Positions 10,512 to 20,153 are shown, numbered from the stretch's first letter. The stretch is DNA of 64,000 bases from Methanobacteriota archaeon (GCA_018662825.1 JABJFI010000002.1:57-64056); one strand, 5' to 3'. Made by a program: numbers and translations. Notes: generated by a model from the sequence alone, not told the origin.

Positions 10512-12275
10512 ATGGGTCGAAAGATTGGTCTCTTGCAAATTGACCCTACCGTTGGCGATTTGACAGGAAATGCTCGACGTCTTGAGCAAATGGCTCAACT
10601 TGCATCCGAACATGGTGCGGATGTGGGAGTGACAACTGAATTGGCGATTTCAGGATATCCGCCGCGAGATTTACTGTTGCAAGATGAATTCATTCGTCTT
10701 GCACAACAGGCCGCTTATTCGCTTAAGGTGCCCATTCCTGTTCTTGTAGGCTCACCAATCGAAGCACAGGCTAGTCGGCAATTGCCAAGTAATGGAGTGG
10801 TTCGTGCCGGTTCAAATGATGTCGTTTCTAACGATGGAACATCTCATGTGATTGCACGTAAACAACTACTCCCTACATACGATGTCTTTGATGAAGCGCG
10901 TTATTTCCAACCGGATAACCGTTCTGGCATTGCTCGAACTATTGCACATCTTGACCTTGGCGTTACCGTATGTGAAGATGCTTGGCAAGCAGCAGGTTTG
11001 ACACCTTCATCCTATTCAGCCGACCCAATCGAACATTTAGCAGAATGGGGCCGTCAAGGTGTTCAATTAGATGCGACAGTGAATCTTTCTGCCTCACCAT
11101 ACCATTCCGATAAATTAAGTTCAAGAATTCATGTTTGTCGTACCGCTGCACACGTCCTCAATCACCCATTCTTGCTAGCGAATCAAGTCGGCGGGAATGA
11201 TGATTTACTCTTCGATGGAAACTCACTGGTAGCATGGCCTGATGGGCGTGTTGTTGTTGCTCCGGCTTGGCAAGAAGGTGTTCTAGTCGTGGACATTGAT
11301 GACCCAAGCAACTGCCTTTGGGCTCCATCATGTTCGAAAGACGCGCTATGTATCGGGCAAGATGAACTGCGACACCTTTCGGCGGACGACAATGGTCATG
11401 AATACGACAAAGAACTCCTCGAAGATCTCACCGATGCCGTTGTGACAGGACTTTTCGATTATTGCAGAAAATCTGGGATTTCATCGATTGTTCTGGGACT
11501 CTCTGGCGGCATTGATTCTGCTGTAGCCGCATGCGTTGCTGCTGCTGCTGTGGGTCCGGAAAATGTCACTGGATTAGCAATGCCAAGCCGTCATTCCTCA
11601 CAACATTCGATTGACGATGCGCGACACACTGCTGAATCTCTTGGCATCAATTTTGACACCATCCCAATAGAATCATTCCATTCTTCCGTTGAAGATTCAA
11701 TTGGAGCCGTTCTCTCAAATGGGCATCCGGTCGCATCAGAAAATTTGCAGGCACGATTACGCGGCCTACTGGTCATGGCTCACGCCAATGCGCAAGGTCA
11801 CATGGCGATTGCAACGGGTAACAAATCCGAATTGGCTCAAGGATATTGCACCCTATATGGCGATATGGCTGGTGGTTACGCACCTCTTGGCGACCTTTAC
11901 AAAATGCAAGTTTACGGCCTTGCAGATATCTTTAATGCGCGTGCTGAGCAACAAGGAAAGGTTCCTCCGGTTAACCCATCGACTCGAACTAAACCCCCCT
12001 CGGCCGAACTTGCCCCGAATCAAAAAGACGAAGACTCTCTTCCGCCCTATGACATTCTTGACGCCATACTGCATTCACACATTGAAGAAGGATTAGATGC
12101 CCAAGATATTGCCGATAAAGGATTTGACCGGGCAACTGTGGTTGAAGTTCTCACTCGTTTAGAACGCAGTGAACACAAGAGATGGCAAATGTCTCCAGCC
12201 CCTCGTGTATCTTCACGTGCTTTCGGTCAAGGATGGCGCCGTCCTCTTGCTTCACGTCATGATTGGCGGCATTAA
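10512..12275 (+). CDS. nadE: glutamine-dependent NAD+ synthetase (N-terminal carbon-nitrogen hydrolase domain plus C-terminal NAD synthetase PP-loop domain)
   Basis: PP-loop SGGIDSAVAA. N-terminal nitrilase-like region (ELAISGYPPRDLLL...VCEDAW). 587 aa. GGAGTGA Shine-Dalgarno-like sequence upstream. Confidence 0.85.
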   Translation: MGRKIGLLQIDPTVGDLTGNARRLEQMAQLASEHGADVGVTTELAISGYPPRDLLLQDEFIRLAQQAAYSLKVPIPVLVGSPIEAQASRQLPSNGVVRAGSNDVVSNDGTSHVIARKQLLPTYDVFDEARYFQPDNRSGIARTIAHLDLGVTVCEDAWQAAGLTPSSYSADPIEHLAEWGRQGVQLDATVNLSASPYHSDKLSSRIHVCRTAAHVLNHPFLLANQVGGNDDLLFDGNSLVAWPDGRVVVAPAWQEGVLVVDIDDPSNCLWAPSCSKDALCIGQDELRHLSADDNGHEYDKELLEDLTDAVVTGLFDYCRKSGISSIVLGLSGGIDSAVAACVAAAAVGPENVTGLAMPSRHSSQHSIDDARHTAESLGINFDTIPIESFHSSVEDSIGAVLSNGHPVASENLQARLRGLLVMAHANAQGHMAIATGNKSELAQGYCTLYGDMAGGYAPLGDLYKMQVYGLADIFNARAEQQGKVPPVNPSTRTKPPSAELAPNQKDEDSLPPYDILDAILHSHIEEGLDAQDIADKGFDRATVVEVLTRLERSEHKRWQMSPAPRVSSRAFGQGWRRPLASRHDWRH

Positions 12276-12280
12276 GGTTT

Positions 12281-13141
12281 AGAATGTATCAAAAAGGTCT
12301 CCATATTGGCACAACCATGGAGGGCAAGATTTCCAATGTTGCGGGTTATCGTTTTGTTGACCTTCCTGACCGTGATGAATTACGTGAGCCTTTTCGAGCT
12401 ATTTGCAAGAAGGCAGGCCTAAAAGGAACAGTTCTTCTTTCTCATGAAGGAATTAATTTCTTTTTGGCAGGTTCTCAATCATCGATTGACCAGTACCTCG
12501 ATTTTTTAGAACAAGATACACGTTTTTCCCAAATGGCTCTCAAATATTCTTATACTGATTATCTACCTTTCAATCGAATGAATGTCCGACTCAAAAAGGA
12601 AATCATTTCACTCGGACTTGACCATATTAAACCTGCAGAATTCACAGGTGATGAAATCACTCCTACAGAATTCAAACAATGGTTAGATGAAGGCCGTGAA
12701 GTGGCAATTGTCGATACTCGCAACGATTATGAAATACGTGTCGGAACTTTCCACGATGCATTGGACCTCAATATCAAATCATTCCGAGCCTTTCCTAAGG
12801 CTATCGAAGCACTTCCAGATTCAATGAAAGATACTCCAGTTGTAATGTTTTGTACCGGTGGAATCCGATGTGAAAAAGCAAGTGTCGTTATGCTGGATGC
12901 TGGATTTTCAAATGTCAAACAACTCAAAGGCGGTATCCTTGGATACTTCGAGGAAGTAGGAGGGGAATATTGGAACGGAGATTGCTTTGTTTTCGATCAT
13001 CGGGTTGCTTTGAATTCAGACCTTGAAGAATCTGAAACCACGCAATGTTTTGCATGCCGACAACCGGTATCTATTGAAGAGCAACAATCACCTGATTATG
13101 TCATTGAAGTTTCTTGCCCTCACTGCATTATTCAACGATGA
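12281..13141 (+). CDS. trhO: rhodanese-domain protein of the YceA/TrhO (UPF0176) family, candidate tRNA U34 hydroxylase
   Basis: Active-site rhodanese loop MFCTGGIRCEKAS is nearly identical to E. coli YceA (MYCTGGIRCEKAS). Also conserved: N-terminal YRF(V) and HEGINFF blocks and a C-terminal Cys cluster CFACR...CPHC. The start is ambiguous: the track ORF starts at 12263 and overlaps nadE, while internal ATGs lie at 12281 and 12314. Confidence 0.75.
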   Translation, partial: RMYQKGLHIGTTMEGKISNVAGYRFVDLPDRDELREPFRAICKKAGLKGTVLLSHEGINFFLAGSQSSIDQYLDFLEQDTRFSQMALKYSYTDYLPFNRMNVRLKKEIISLGLDHIKPAEFTGDEITPTEFKQWLDEGREVAIVDTRNDYEIRVGTFHDALDLNIKSFRAFPKAIEALPDSMKDTPVVMFCTGGIRCEKASVVMLDAGFSNVKQLKGGILGYFEEVGGEYWNGDCFVFDHRVALNSDLEESETTQCFACRQPVSIEEQQSPDYVIEVSCPHCIIQR

Positions 13142-15424
13142 TTACGGCCAAATCAACCAGTCACCGGTTTGTTCACCGTGACTCCAAAAATGAATTTCAT
13201 GCCCTCGTATTCCATCATGAGAGATGAATATCAAATGATGTTCAGTGAGTACAAGTTCGCCGTATGTTCCTGATGCCGAATTATTATTTTCTCCAGGCCA
13301 AGGGTCGTAAGCCAAATCAGGTTGCCCATCATTGCCAATATGCCACAGTGAAGAACCAGTTTCAATACCATCTATTTGTCCTGAAGCGAGGAAGAACAAG
13401 TTATCTCCATGCGTTTCAAAGCCAAGAATATTCGAACTTGCCATTCCAGCGCGCAAGTCGGTTTCAACACGGGTACCATTCACCGTTCCATCGCTCGAAC
13501 ATATTTCATGTGCCACGCTTGGTGCGACGCAATCGAACCAAACTCGTTGCTGGTGAACGATTCCACCAGCCCAATCACCAGGTGCCACAATGGTGGTTGA
13601 CAAGATGTTAGTATTAGTCGATGAAAGATTGTGAGCCCAAACTTGAGGGTCAACACCTGATGTCAGAGCATCGAACACAAGGAGTTCTCCAATTTGATGA
13701 ATGCCGAGGTGCTCAGCGACATTCGTAGTCGGATTACCTGTGCCTTGGTGTTGTAGGCTAGTAAGCCAATTCATGCCTCCATCATCGAATAAACGGACCA
13801 ATTGCCGTCCATTTTGTGCTTCTGCAACAATGACCAGTCCATCTTCGAGTAATAGAGGGGCGCCCGGTTGACTGGCACCAGTAGGATTGAGGTCCCAACT
13901 TTGTAGTTCAGCATCCATGGTGAGGAGATATGGTTCAATATCATTTTGAGATTTTGCGGAGAACCATAAATGGCTTGAATTTGCATGTAGCATTTCTGTA
14001 GCAAAAGTAGTCATCCCTAAAGACAACGTGTCGAGGTTCTGTTGCTGAACTGTTGAATAAGAGGGATGTGAAAATACAGTTGTCATGGAGGTGCCATCGC
14101 TCCAAACTAAGGTATCACTGGCGGTATTAACCACAATCCCTTGGCCCCAGGTTACAAGTTGAGAAGAACTGGAGATTGATGCATAATCGCCAGAATCAAC
14201 CACGCGCTTTGTACCGTTGAGTGTCGCATCACTGACCCATAATTGACGGCCGTTGATTCCATCATCTGCATCGAAAAACACTCGCTCACCATGTGGTGTT
14301 TGAACTGAAGTGAGACCAAGATACAAACCAGGCAATGAATCTCCGATGGCATTGATATCAAGCAGTAGTTGTGTTGAAGACTCAACACCTTCACTGACCC
14401 ATAATTCACAACCATCGACGCCGTTAACACCTGCAGTCAAGAGACGTTGCTGTTCAACCATCCACGCCATTGCATCGCAATTGGTAGTGACACCATTTGC
14501 TGTACCCGTTGCAAAATCAGAAATCGGCCCATAGAGAAGAGGCGTACTGCAGATTTGAATACTGCTTCTCACTTCATCTCTGTGTAATTGTCCATCAAAT
14601 GAAACCCCTTCTCCAATGCCATCATCAACTCCAAAACGGAGTATAAGTCCAGATGGGCAGACTGCTGGTGAGGGTTGAAGATGTTCGATGAGTGCTGGTG
14701 CTCCTTGGGCACCCGCCTCTCCTTGGGCTCCTGCCTCTCCTTGGCTTCCATCCATGCCCGTTTGCCCATTTGTGCCATCACTTCCGATTACACCATCGCA
14801 TACAGCTTCACTGGACACGATTTCAGTTTGACTGAGTTGCCCATCTTGATTGCTATCGATTCCACTGTGAAGCATGATGCCGCCATTTGGGCAGGCGATG
14901 CTGCCAAATTCCAAGTCTTCAATATACAATTGACCCGAAGGCGACATAATAGTCGCCCCAGGTGCGCCTTGAGGACCAGAAAGCCCTTCTTTTCCATGGC
15001 ACACTTTGGTTGATGAGGTGACTTCTTCTTCATCCAGATAACCATTCGAGTTGAGGTCATTACCGAGGAAGATTTCAGCCCCACCCTCTGTACAGATCGA
15101 ATCTGCATCGCGTCCTTCTGTTCTAACTAGAATTTCCGCTGCATCATCAGAACCTCCTAGTTGTGCACCTAATGATTCGAGTTGTAAGTAGGAATAGGTC
15201 GAGAGTGTCAGTGCAAGGACCAAGATAGCGGTCTGAAGGATGGTAAGGAATAATTTCTTCTTCGACTTTTGGTTTTTCTTCTGCTTGTTTTTTTTCTGTT
15301 GACCATGTATCGGAGGCACATTTTTCGGTTTTTTGTTTGGCGCAGGTTCTCCTGCAATAGAGGCGTCGACATCCATTGTTGGTGGGTTTGACATGATTCT
15401 TGTTAAAATCGTCAACGCTATCAA
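13142..15424 (-). CDS. membrane-anchored (type II signal-anchor) extracellular Ca-binding protein with EF-hand-like loops, a collagen-like G-X-Y stretch and ELWxxDGT-type beta-propeller-like repeats
   Basis: Lys-rich cytoplasmic N-terminus (KKNKQKKNQKSKKK) then TM LFLTILQTAILVLALTLS. Two 12-residue EF-loop matches, DLNSNGYLDEEE and DSNQDGQLSQTE. Collagen-like run GSDGTNGQTGMDGSQGEAGAQGEAGAQGAP. Repeats ELWVSEG, RQLWVSDATLNGT, TLVWSDGTSMTT, SSLWHIGNDGQ. Confidence 0.7.
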   Translation of the reverse strand: MIALTILTRIMSNPPTMDVDASIAGEPAPNKKPKNVPPIHGQQKKNKQKKNQKSKKKLFLTILQTAILVLALTLSTYSYLQLESLGAQLGGSDDAAEILVRTEGRDADSICTEGGAEIFLGNDLNSNGYLDEEEVTSSTKVCHGKEGLSGPQGAPGATIMSPSGQLYIEDLEFGSIACPNGGIMLHSGIDSNQDGQLSQTEIVSSEAVCDGVIGSDGTNGQTGMDGSQGEAGAQGEAGAQGAPALIEHLQPSPAVCPSGLILRFGVDDGIGEGVSFDGQLHRDEVRSSIQICSTPLLYGPISDFATGTANGVTTNCDAMAWMVEQQRLLTAGVNGVDGCELWVSEGVESSTQLLLDINAIGDSLPGLYLGLTSVQTPHGERVFFDADDGINGRQLWVSDATLNGTKRVVDSGDYASISSSSQLVTWGQGIVVNTASDTLVWSDGTSMTTVFSHPSYSTVQQQNLDTLSLGMTTFATEMLHANSSHLWFSAKSQNDIEPYLLTMDAELQSWDLNPTGASQPGAPLLLEDGLVIVAEAQNGRQLVRLFDDGGMNWLTSLQHQGTGNPTTNVAEHLGIHQIGELLVFDALTSGVDPQVWAHNLSSTNTNILSTTIVAPGDWAGGIVHQQRVWFDCVAPSVAHEICSSDGTVNGTRVETDLRAGMASSNILGFETHGDNLFFLASGQIDGIETGSSLWHIGNDGQPDLAYDPWPGENNNSASGTYGELVLTEHHLIFISHDGIRGHEIHFWSHGEQTGDWLIWP
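14693..14746. repeat. about 3 imperfect tandem copies of an 18-bp unit (gcNccYgcctctccttggg) that encode the GEAGAQ collagen-like repeats
   Basis: Direct repeat visible at 14711..14728 and 14729..14746, with a partial copy upstream. Confidence 0.6.
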
Positions 15425-15519
15425 AACCTTCGGTTAATCGCAAATTTCTGGGGTTTCTTATTTTCGAGCCGTATTTTTGAGGGGGTGGGTTCAAGGGGGT
15501 CCTTTGTCTGCATAAGAAC

Positions 15520-17289
15520 ATGGACTTACCTGAGCGCCTATCGGCTCAATTGGCTGGTGAAGAAGGTCCAACACGTCAAAAAGCAGCACGTTTAGTCGTT
15601 GACTTGGCAGGCACAGCAGGGGCAGAAGGTTTTGTTAAGGCCAATCAGGCCCACGTCTCAGGAGTTTCAGTCATTACAGGGGGCCACGGATTACGTCGCT
15701 TTTTGGCAGACCTTTCAAGTTCAGGCGATGGTAAAGTATCCATACCCACGACCCTAAATTCAGCAGGTTGCGATAAAGAGAAAATGAAAGAGATGAACAT
15801 CGATTGGCCAGATTTTTTAGAACAACAATTTGAAATTGTTCAAGCCTATTCAGAATTAGGAATTCAGGCAACCCTTTCTTGCACACCTTATGACCGTGGA
15901 ATCGATGATGAGAGCGGTATTGCATCATGGGCAGAGTCGAATGCAGTCTGCTTTTCAAATACATGGACCTCTTTGATTACCAACCGTGAATCAGGCCTTT
16001 CGGCATTAGCCACAGCCCTTACAGGTTTTGCACCACGCTGGGGTTTACATTTGGAGAAAAACCGAAAACCGAATATCCATGTTCGTGTTGAATGTGAACT
16101 CCATAGCCTTTCAGATTGGTCGATTCTTGGCGATTGGATTGGAAAACAAGTGCGACCCGATTGGGATGTTCCTTTTGGCCCTATGCCATTTATCCAAGGA
16201 TTGCCCACTAGAGCGAGTTTCGCTCGGAAAAAAGCACTTACTGCTGCTGCTGCGAATTATGGGACGCCTATGCTTTGGGCCGAGGGCCTTTCAGCAGACC
16301 CTCCTTTGGGGCGTGACGGGCAAGGTCAATGGAATTCTCCCGATGCTGGATGGCAAGGTGAACTGGTGTTCACCGAAGCAGATTTGCAGGCTCGTTATGA
16401 CGATTTAGCACCGAAAGGACAGGTCGATTTAGTAGTCATTGGATGTCCACAGGCCAGTCTTGAAGAAATCCGAATCACTGCCGCTGCGGTACGTTCTCAT
16501 GCAGAAATGGGTGCAAAAATTCCAGACAACAGACTGTGGGTCTTCACCAGTGGAGAGAATTACGAATTAGCCTTAGCCGACGGGAGTCTAGAGTTACTTG
16601 AACAGGCTGGAGCCGTTATTTTGAAAGATACATGTCCAGAAGTGACGCCTTACAATCGGGCTCATTACAATCATCTGTTGACCAATTCGTTGAAAGCAGA
16701 ACATTATTTGACCAGTGGCTTGAATAGACTTCCAACTAGTGTGATGTCTATTGTGGATTGTGTCAGTCATGCCTTTTCCCCCGAGTTATCTGCTGGCCCT
16801 CGCCCACTTTTGAATACGAAAGCACAGCCACAACACGCAAGTGCCAAAACCTACCAAAACAATGAGGCGGTCTTGAAAGGTGCATCTCTACAGAGTCAAG
16901 ATGATTATTGTATAACAGGTCCAGCACTGGTCACTGATGTTCCCATCACCTATCTGGGATATGTGAACCGAGACACGGGGGTCATCGAAGAAACCGGTCA
17001 CCCACTTGATGGACGTGCAGTTGAGGGCTCTATTCTCATCTATCCAAAGGGTTCAGGTTCGACAGTCGCTCCTTTCGTGTTGATGGGATTATTGTACACT
17101 GGAAAAGGCCCATCTGCTATTGTTAATCGAGATGTTTGTCCACTTACATTACCTGCTTGCTCGTTACTAGGCTTGCCGTATGGCCACGGATTTGACCAAG
17201 ATCCATGTATGGCGATTAACGATGGTGACACCATTGAACTCAAATCGGAAAACGGTATTGTTACGCTAACAGTTCTTGAAAGGGTATAA
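15520..17289 (+). CDS. aconitase X (AcnX) family protein, fused large (DUF521-like) and small (DUF126-like) domains. Candidate phosphomevalonate dehydratase or hydroxyproline dehydratase-type enzyme
   Basis: AcnX-large-like block WAESNAVCFSNTWTSLITNRESG. C-terminal ~130 aa resembles the AcnX small subunit (GSILIYPKGSGSTVAPFVLMGLLYTGKGPSAIV). 589 aa fits the fused type. Confidence 0.65.
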   Translation: MDLPERLSAQLAGEEGPTRQKAARLVVDLAGTAGAEGFVKANQAHVSGVSVITGGHGLRRFLADLSSSGDGKVSIPTTLNSAGCDKEKMKEMNIDWPDFLEQQFEIVQAYSELGIQATLSCTPYDRGIDDESGIASWAESNAVCFSNTWTSLITNRESGLSALATALTGFAPRWGLHLEKNRKPNIHVRVECELHSLSDWSILGDWIGKQVRPDWDVPFGPMPFIQGLPTRASFARKKALTAAAANYGTPMLWAEGLSADPPLGRDGQGQWNSPDAGWQGELVFTEADLQARYDDLAPKGQVDLVVIGCPQASLEEIRITAAAVRSHAEMGAKIPDNRLWVFTSGENYELALADGSLELLEQAGAVILKDTCPEVTPYNRAHYNHLLTNSLKAEHYLTSGLNRLPTSVMSIVDCVSHAFSPELSAGPRPLLNTKAQPQHASAKTYQNNEAVLKGASLQSQDDYCITGPALVTDVPITYLGYVNRDTGVIEETGHPLDGRAVEGSILIYPKGSGSTVAPFVLMGLLYTGKGPSAIVNRDVCPLTLPACSLLGLPYGHGFDQDPCMAINDGDTIELKSENGIVTLTVLERV

Positions 17290-17301
17290 TGAGGTGACAC
17301 A

Positions 17302-18300
17302 ATGAGTGGATTGAACATTCTGGTTACTGGTGGTGCCGGATTCATCGGGTCATCATTGTGCGAACGCTTGGTCATTGAGGGTCATAATGTTCTAGCCTAT
17401 GATTCACTATTTCGTGGCCGAAAATCAAATCTATCCTCGCTTCAGGCTCATGCCGATTTTCAATTCATGCAAGGGGATGTTCGTGATATTGACCGATTGG
17501 ATGAGGCGATTGAACTCTTAGGGGGGGTGGATATTGTCTATCACCTTGCGGCTGTGAATGGGACCAAGTGGTTTCATGAAGCTGCTCATTCAGTGATTGA
17601 TGTCAACATTAACGGAACACTTCGTACCCTTGAGTTAGCGATGGCTCACGATGCTCGATATGTTCTTGCATCTTCACCTGAGGCATTTGGTGAGGCTTTG
17701 CAACAACCTATTCAAAACGGCAATGACATGACTTTTACCGACCCATCAATTCACCAACGCCATTCGTATGGAGCCAGCAAGTATCTTGATGAAATTGCAT
17801 CACAACACGCGGCACGTGACGGCCTTGACGTTCGAATTGTTCGACCATTCAACGCCTACGGGCCCCGACTACTCGGAGATGAGTATGGGCAAGTTGTTGC
17901 GATGTTTTTTCAAGCCATACTCTCCAATGAATCGATAAAATTACACAACGGTGGAAAGCAAACACGTTCTTTCACATGGATTGATGATGTGGTTGAGGGT
18001 TTTGTTCTCGCAGGTCTTCAAGACAAGAGCCTTCAAAATGAGTCGCTCACTGGTTGTGCTTTGAACATCGGTTCGACAGAGGAAATCACAATTCAACAGT
18101 TGCAAGAAACTATCTTTTCACTTATTTCAAATGATGAGACTTGGGTGGGGAAGTTGCCAAAAATTGAATCCATTGATGGCTACCACGGTGATGCAAAACG
18201 TCGACTACCAGATTGCAGTCAAGCAGAAACACTACTCGGCTGGAAATCAAAGACTTCACTAGAACAAGGATTGTCCATGATGTGGTCATCATTACGATGA
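17302..18300 (+). CDS. NAD-dependent epimerase/dehydratase (extended SDR, nucleotide-sugar epimerase/dehydratase-like)
   Basis: Rossmann motif VTGGAGFIGSSL. Catalytic YxxxK (YGASKYLDE). 332 aa. GAGGTGA Shine-Dalgarno-like sequence 6 nt upstream. Confidence 0.85.
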   Translation: MSGLNILVTGGAGFIGSSLCERLVIEGHNVLAYDSLFRGRKSNLSSLQAHADFQFMQGDVRDIDRLDEAIELLGGVDIVYHLAAVNGTKWFHEAAHSVIDVNINGTLRTLELAMAHDARYVLASSPEAFGEALQQPIQNGNDMTFTDPSIHQRHSYGASKYLDEIASQHAARDGLDVRIVRPFNAYGPRLLGDEYGQVVAMFFQAILSNESIKLHNGGKQTRSFTWIDDVVEGFVLAGLQDKSLQNESLTGCALNIGSTEEITIQQLQETIFSLISNDETWVGKLPKIESIDGYHGDAKRRLPDCSQAETLLGWKSKTSLEQGLSMMWSSLR

Positions 18301-19113
18301 ATCAGGTTTTGAGCCGTAGTGCTTGAGAACTTTTTTGCCCCATGAATCGGGTGCGGGCGTGAGGCGGTCATGGCCATGCTGACACAAAATATCCAGACCA
18401 TTTGCTGGCATTGTTTGTTCAGTGGTCCACAACCCAGTTACTCGCAATATGGCAAGACGTGCTACTGCATCAGGAAGTGCTCGGTCTTCAAGGAATTCAA
18501 CCTCCAAGGCAGCTACAGCCTCGTTGATTAGCAATGCATCAACAGGGTTAGGGGTCAACCCTGCAAGGTTCCATTCACTTTCCCCTTCAGGTAGCGGACT
18601 CGCTGTTTCATCAATGGAATTAACAGCAGAGATTGAACTTGGCATGAAATGAAGAATTGCCCTATTGGTTGAGCGCAGGTTATGGAGCGTGTCTCGGTAA
18701 CGTCCCTCGCGGTTGCAACTAAATGATGCGATAAGGAGAGGCGGGTCAGTGGAAACCGCCATGACAGATGTGTAAGGTGCCAAATTTTTGTTTCCTTGTT
18801 CATCTTGTGTTGATGCGATAACCAACGGGCGAGGGGATAACAGGCCAGATAACCAACCAGCGCGTTGTGCATGTTCCAATTTCTCGACATCAATTCGTCG
18901 AGCATCTTCCATGCCTTTGGTTGGATGCGGTGTGAACCAGTGGTCAAGTTTGCCTTCGTTTATTTCTAAGATGGCATGGTCGTTGAATTCGATGTATGAC
19001 TTCCATGGTTCAGTCTGTTCAAACTCACCGCGTTCAGTTTTCCGAATGATTGAATCCTCGGCATAGGCATTGCAACGCTTTAGATAATCGAGTACAGCAC
19101 CTTTTCTATCCAT
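18292..19113 (-). CDS. flavin reductase-like (FMN-binding split-barrel) domain protein
   Basis: Central block RPLVIASTQDEQGNKNLAPYTSVMAVSTDPPLLIASF resembles the flavin-reductase-like domain consensus. Last gene of the minus-strand operon prx / acetyltransferase / this gene. Confidence 0.55.
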   Translation of the reverse strand: MDRKGAVLDYLKRCNAYAEDSIIRKTERGEFEQTEPWKSYIEFNDHAILEINEGKLDHWFTPHPTKGMEDARRIDVEKLEHAQRAGWLSGLLSPRPLVIASTQDEQGNKNLAPYTSVMAVSTDPPLLIASFSCNREGRYRDTLHNLRSTNRAILHFMPSSISAVNSIDETASPLPEGESEWNLAGLTPNPVDALLINEAVAALEVEFLEDRALPDAVARLAILRVTGLWTTEQTMPANGLDILCQHGHDRLTPAPDSWGKKVLKHYGSKPDSS

Positions 19114-19626
19114 TCACTCACCTTGTTCACTGTTTGCTGTTTCTATTTTGAGTTGTAGTTGTTTTTCATTGTATACATTTCGCATCATCAAAAACACGGC
19201 AGGATTACCTGCCCAGACTTCGTTGTCAGGCAGGTTTCTGGTAAGCGTTGAGCCAGCGCCAAGAACTGCATTGTTTCCAACAGAGCAACCAGCGATGACG
19301 GTTGCTCCACCCCCGATGACAGAATCATTGCCGATTTGAACCGGTTGCCACTGCAAGGGATTTCTAGAAGGAGGATATTTGTCATTGAGAATTGTTGCAT
19401 TCGGGCCAATAAATACTCGGTCGCCTAGTTCGCATTCATCGGCGATGTAAGCACCTCCTTGAACTCGACATGCATCTCCAAGAGTTACTTTTCGTCCGAT
19501 ATGTGCCAATGCTCCAATAGAGCATTCTTTTCCAATATTTACATCTGCTCCCATATGGCAAGGGGCCCATGCAACGCTCTCTCTTCCCAGTTCGATACGT
19601 TGGCCAGGAGGAGAATCAAACTTCAT
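19114..19626 (-). CDS. hexapeptide-repeat (left-handed beta-helix) acetyltransferase
   Basis: Repeated [LIV]G-x-x-x-x hexapeptides (IGKECSIGALAHIGRKVTLGDACRVQGGAYIADECELGDRVFIGPNATI...IGGGATVIAGCSVGNNAVLGAGS). Stop is adjacent to the start of the downstream flavin reductase gene. Confidence 0.8.
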   Translation of the reverse strand: MKFDSPPGQRIELGRESVAWAPCHMGADVNIGKECSIGALAHIGRKVTLGDACRVQGGAYIADECELGDRVFIGPNATILNDKYPPSRNPLQWQPVQIGNDSVIGGGATVIAGCSVGNNAVLGAGSTLTRNLPDNEVWAGNPAVFLMMRNVYNEKQLQLKIETANSEQGE

Positions 19627-19634
19627 TTAATCCC

Positions 19635-20153
19635 TCATTCGGTTAATCCGAGTTCTCGAAGTAGCATGCCAACATGCCCCTTTGCTTTGACATTGTATCG
19701 CAGCCAGGAAAAGGTTCCATCGGGCCCAATAACAAATGTAGAACGCGAACAACCCATGTATTCTCTGCCATAATTTTTCTTGAGTCGCCAAGTACCATAT
19801 GACTCATGCAATACCCCTTCTTGGTCCATAAGAAGTGGGAAGTTAAGTTCTTTTTTGGTAATGAATTTTTCATGAGAACCTTCGGAACCTTTAGAGACGC
19901 CAAGTACAATATAACTTTCTGAGGATAAACGAGCCATGTTGTCACGGAAATCACATGCTTGAGTTGTACAACCCGGGGTTGAATCACGCGGGTAAAAATA
20001 CAGAATGACCGTCTTTCCAGCAGCGGTATATGCCGACAAGTCATGCATTTCACCTTTTGAATCGGCACAATTGAATTGTGGGGCTTTTTGTCCAACCTCG
20101 TGAGTTATTGCTACGCTCATGACGCTCGCACTTGCCAGAAGGACATGAAGCAT
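19635..20153 (-). CDS. bcp: Bcp-type peroxiredoxin (thiol peroxidase)
   Basis: YFYPRDSTPGCTTQACDFRD with CxxxxC spacing typical of Bcp/PrxQ. The N-terminal 11 aa may be an extension; an alternative start ATG lies at 20120. Confidence 0.85.
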   Translation of the reverse strand: MLHVLLASASVMSVAITHEVGQKAPQFNCADSKGEMHDLSAYTAAGKTVILYFYPRDSTPGCTTQACDFRDNMARLSSESYIVLGVSKGSEGSHEKFITKKELNFPLLMDQEGVLHESYGTWRLKKNYGREYMGCSRSTFVIGPDGTFSWLRYNVKAKGHVGMLLRELGLTE

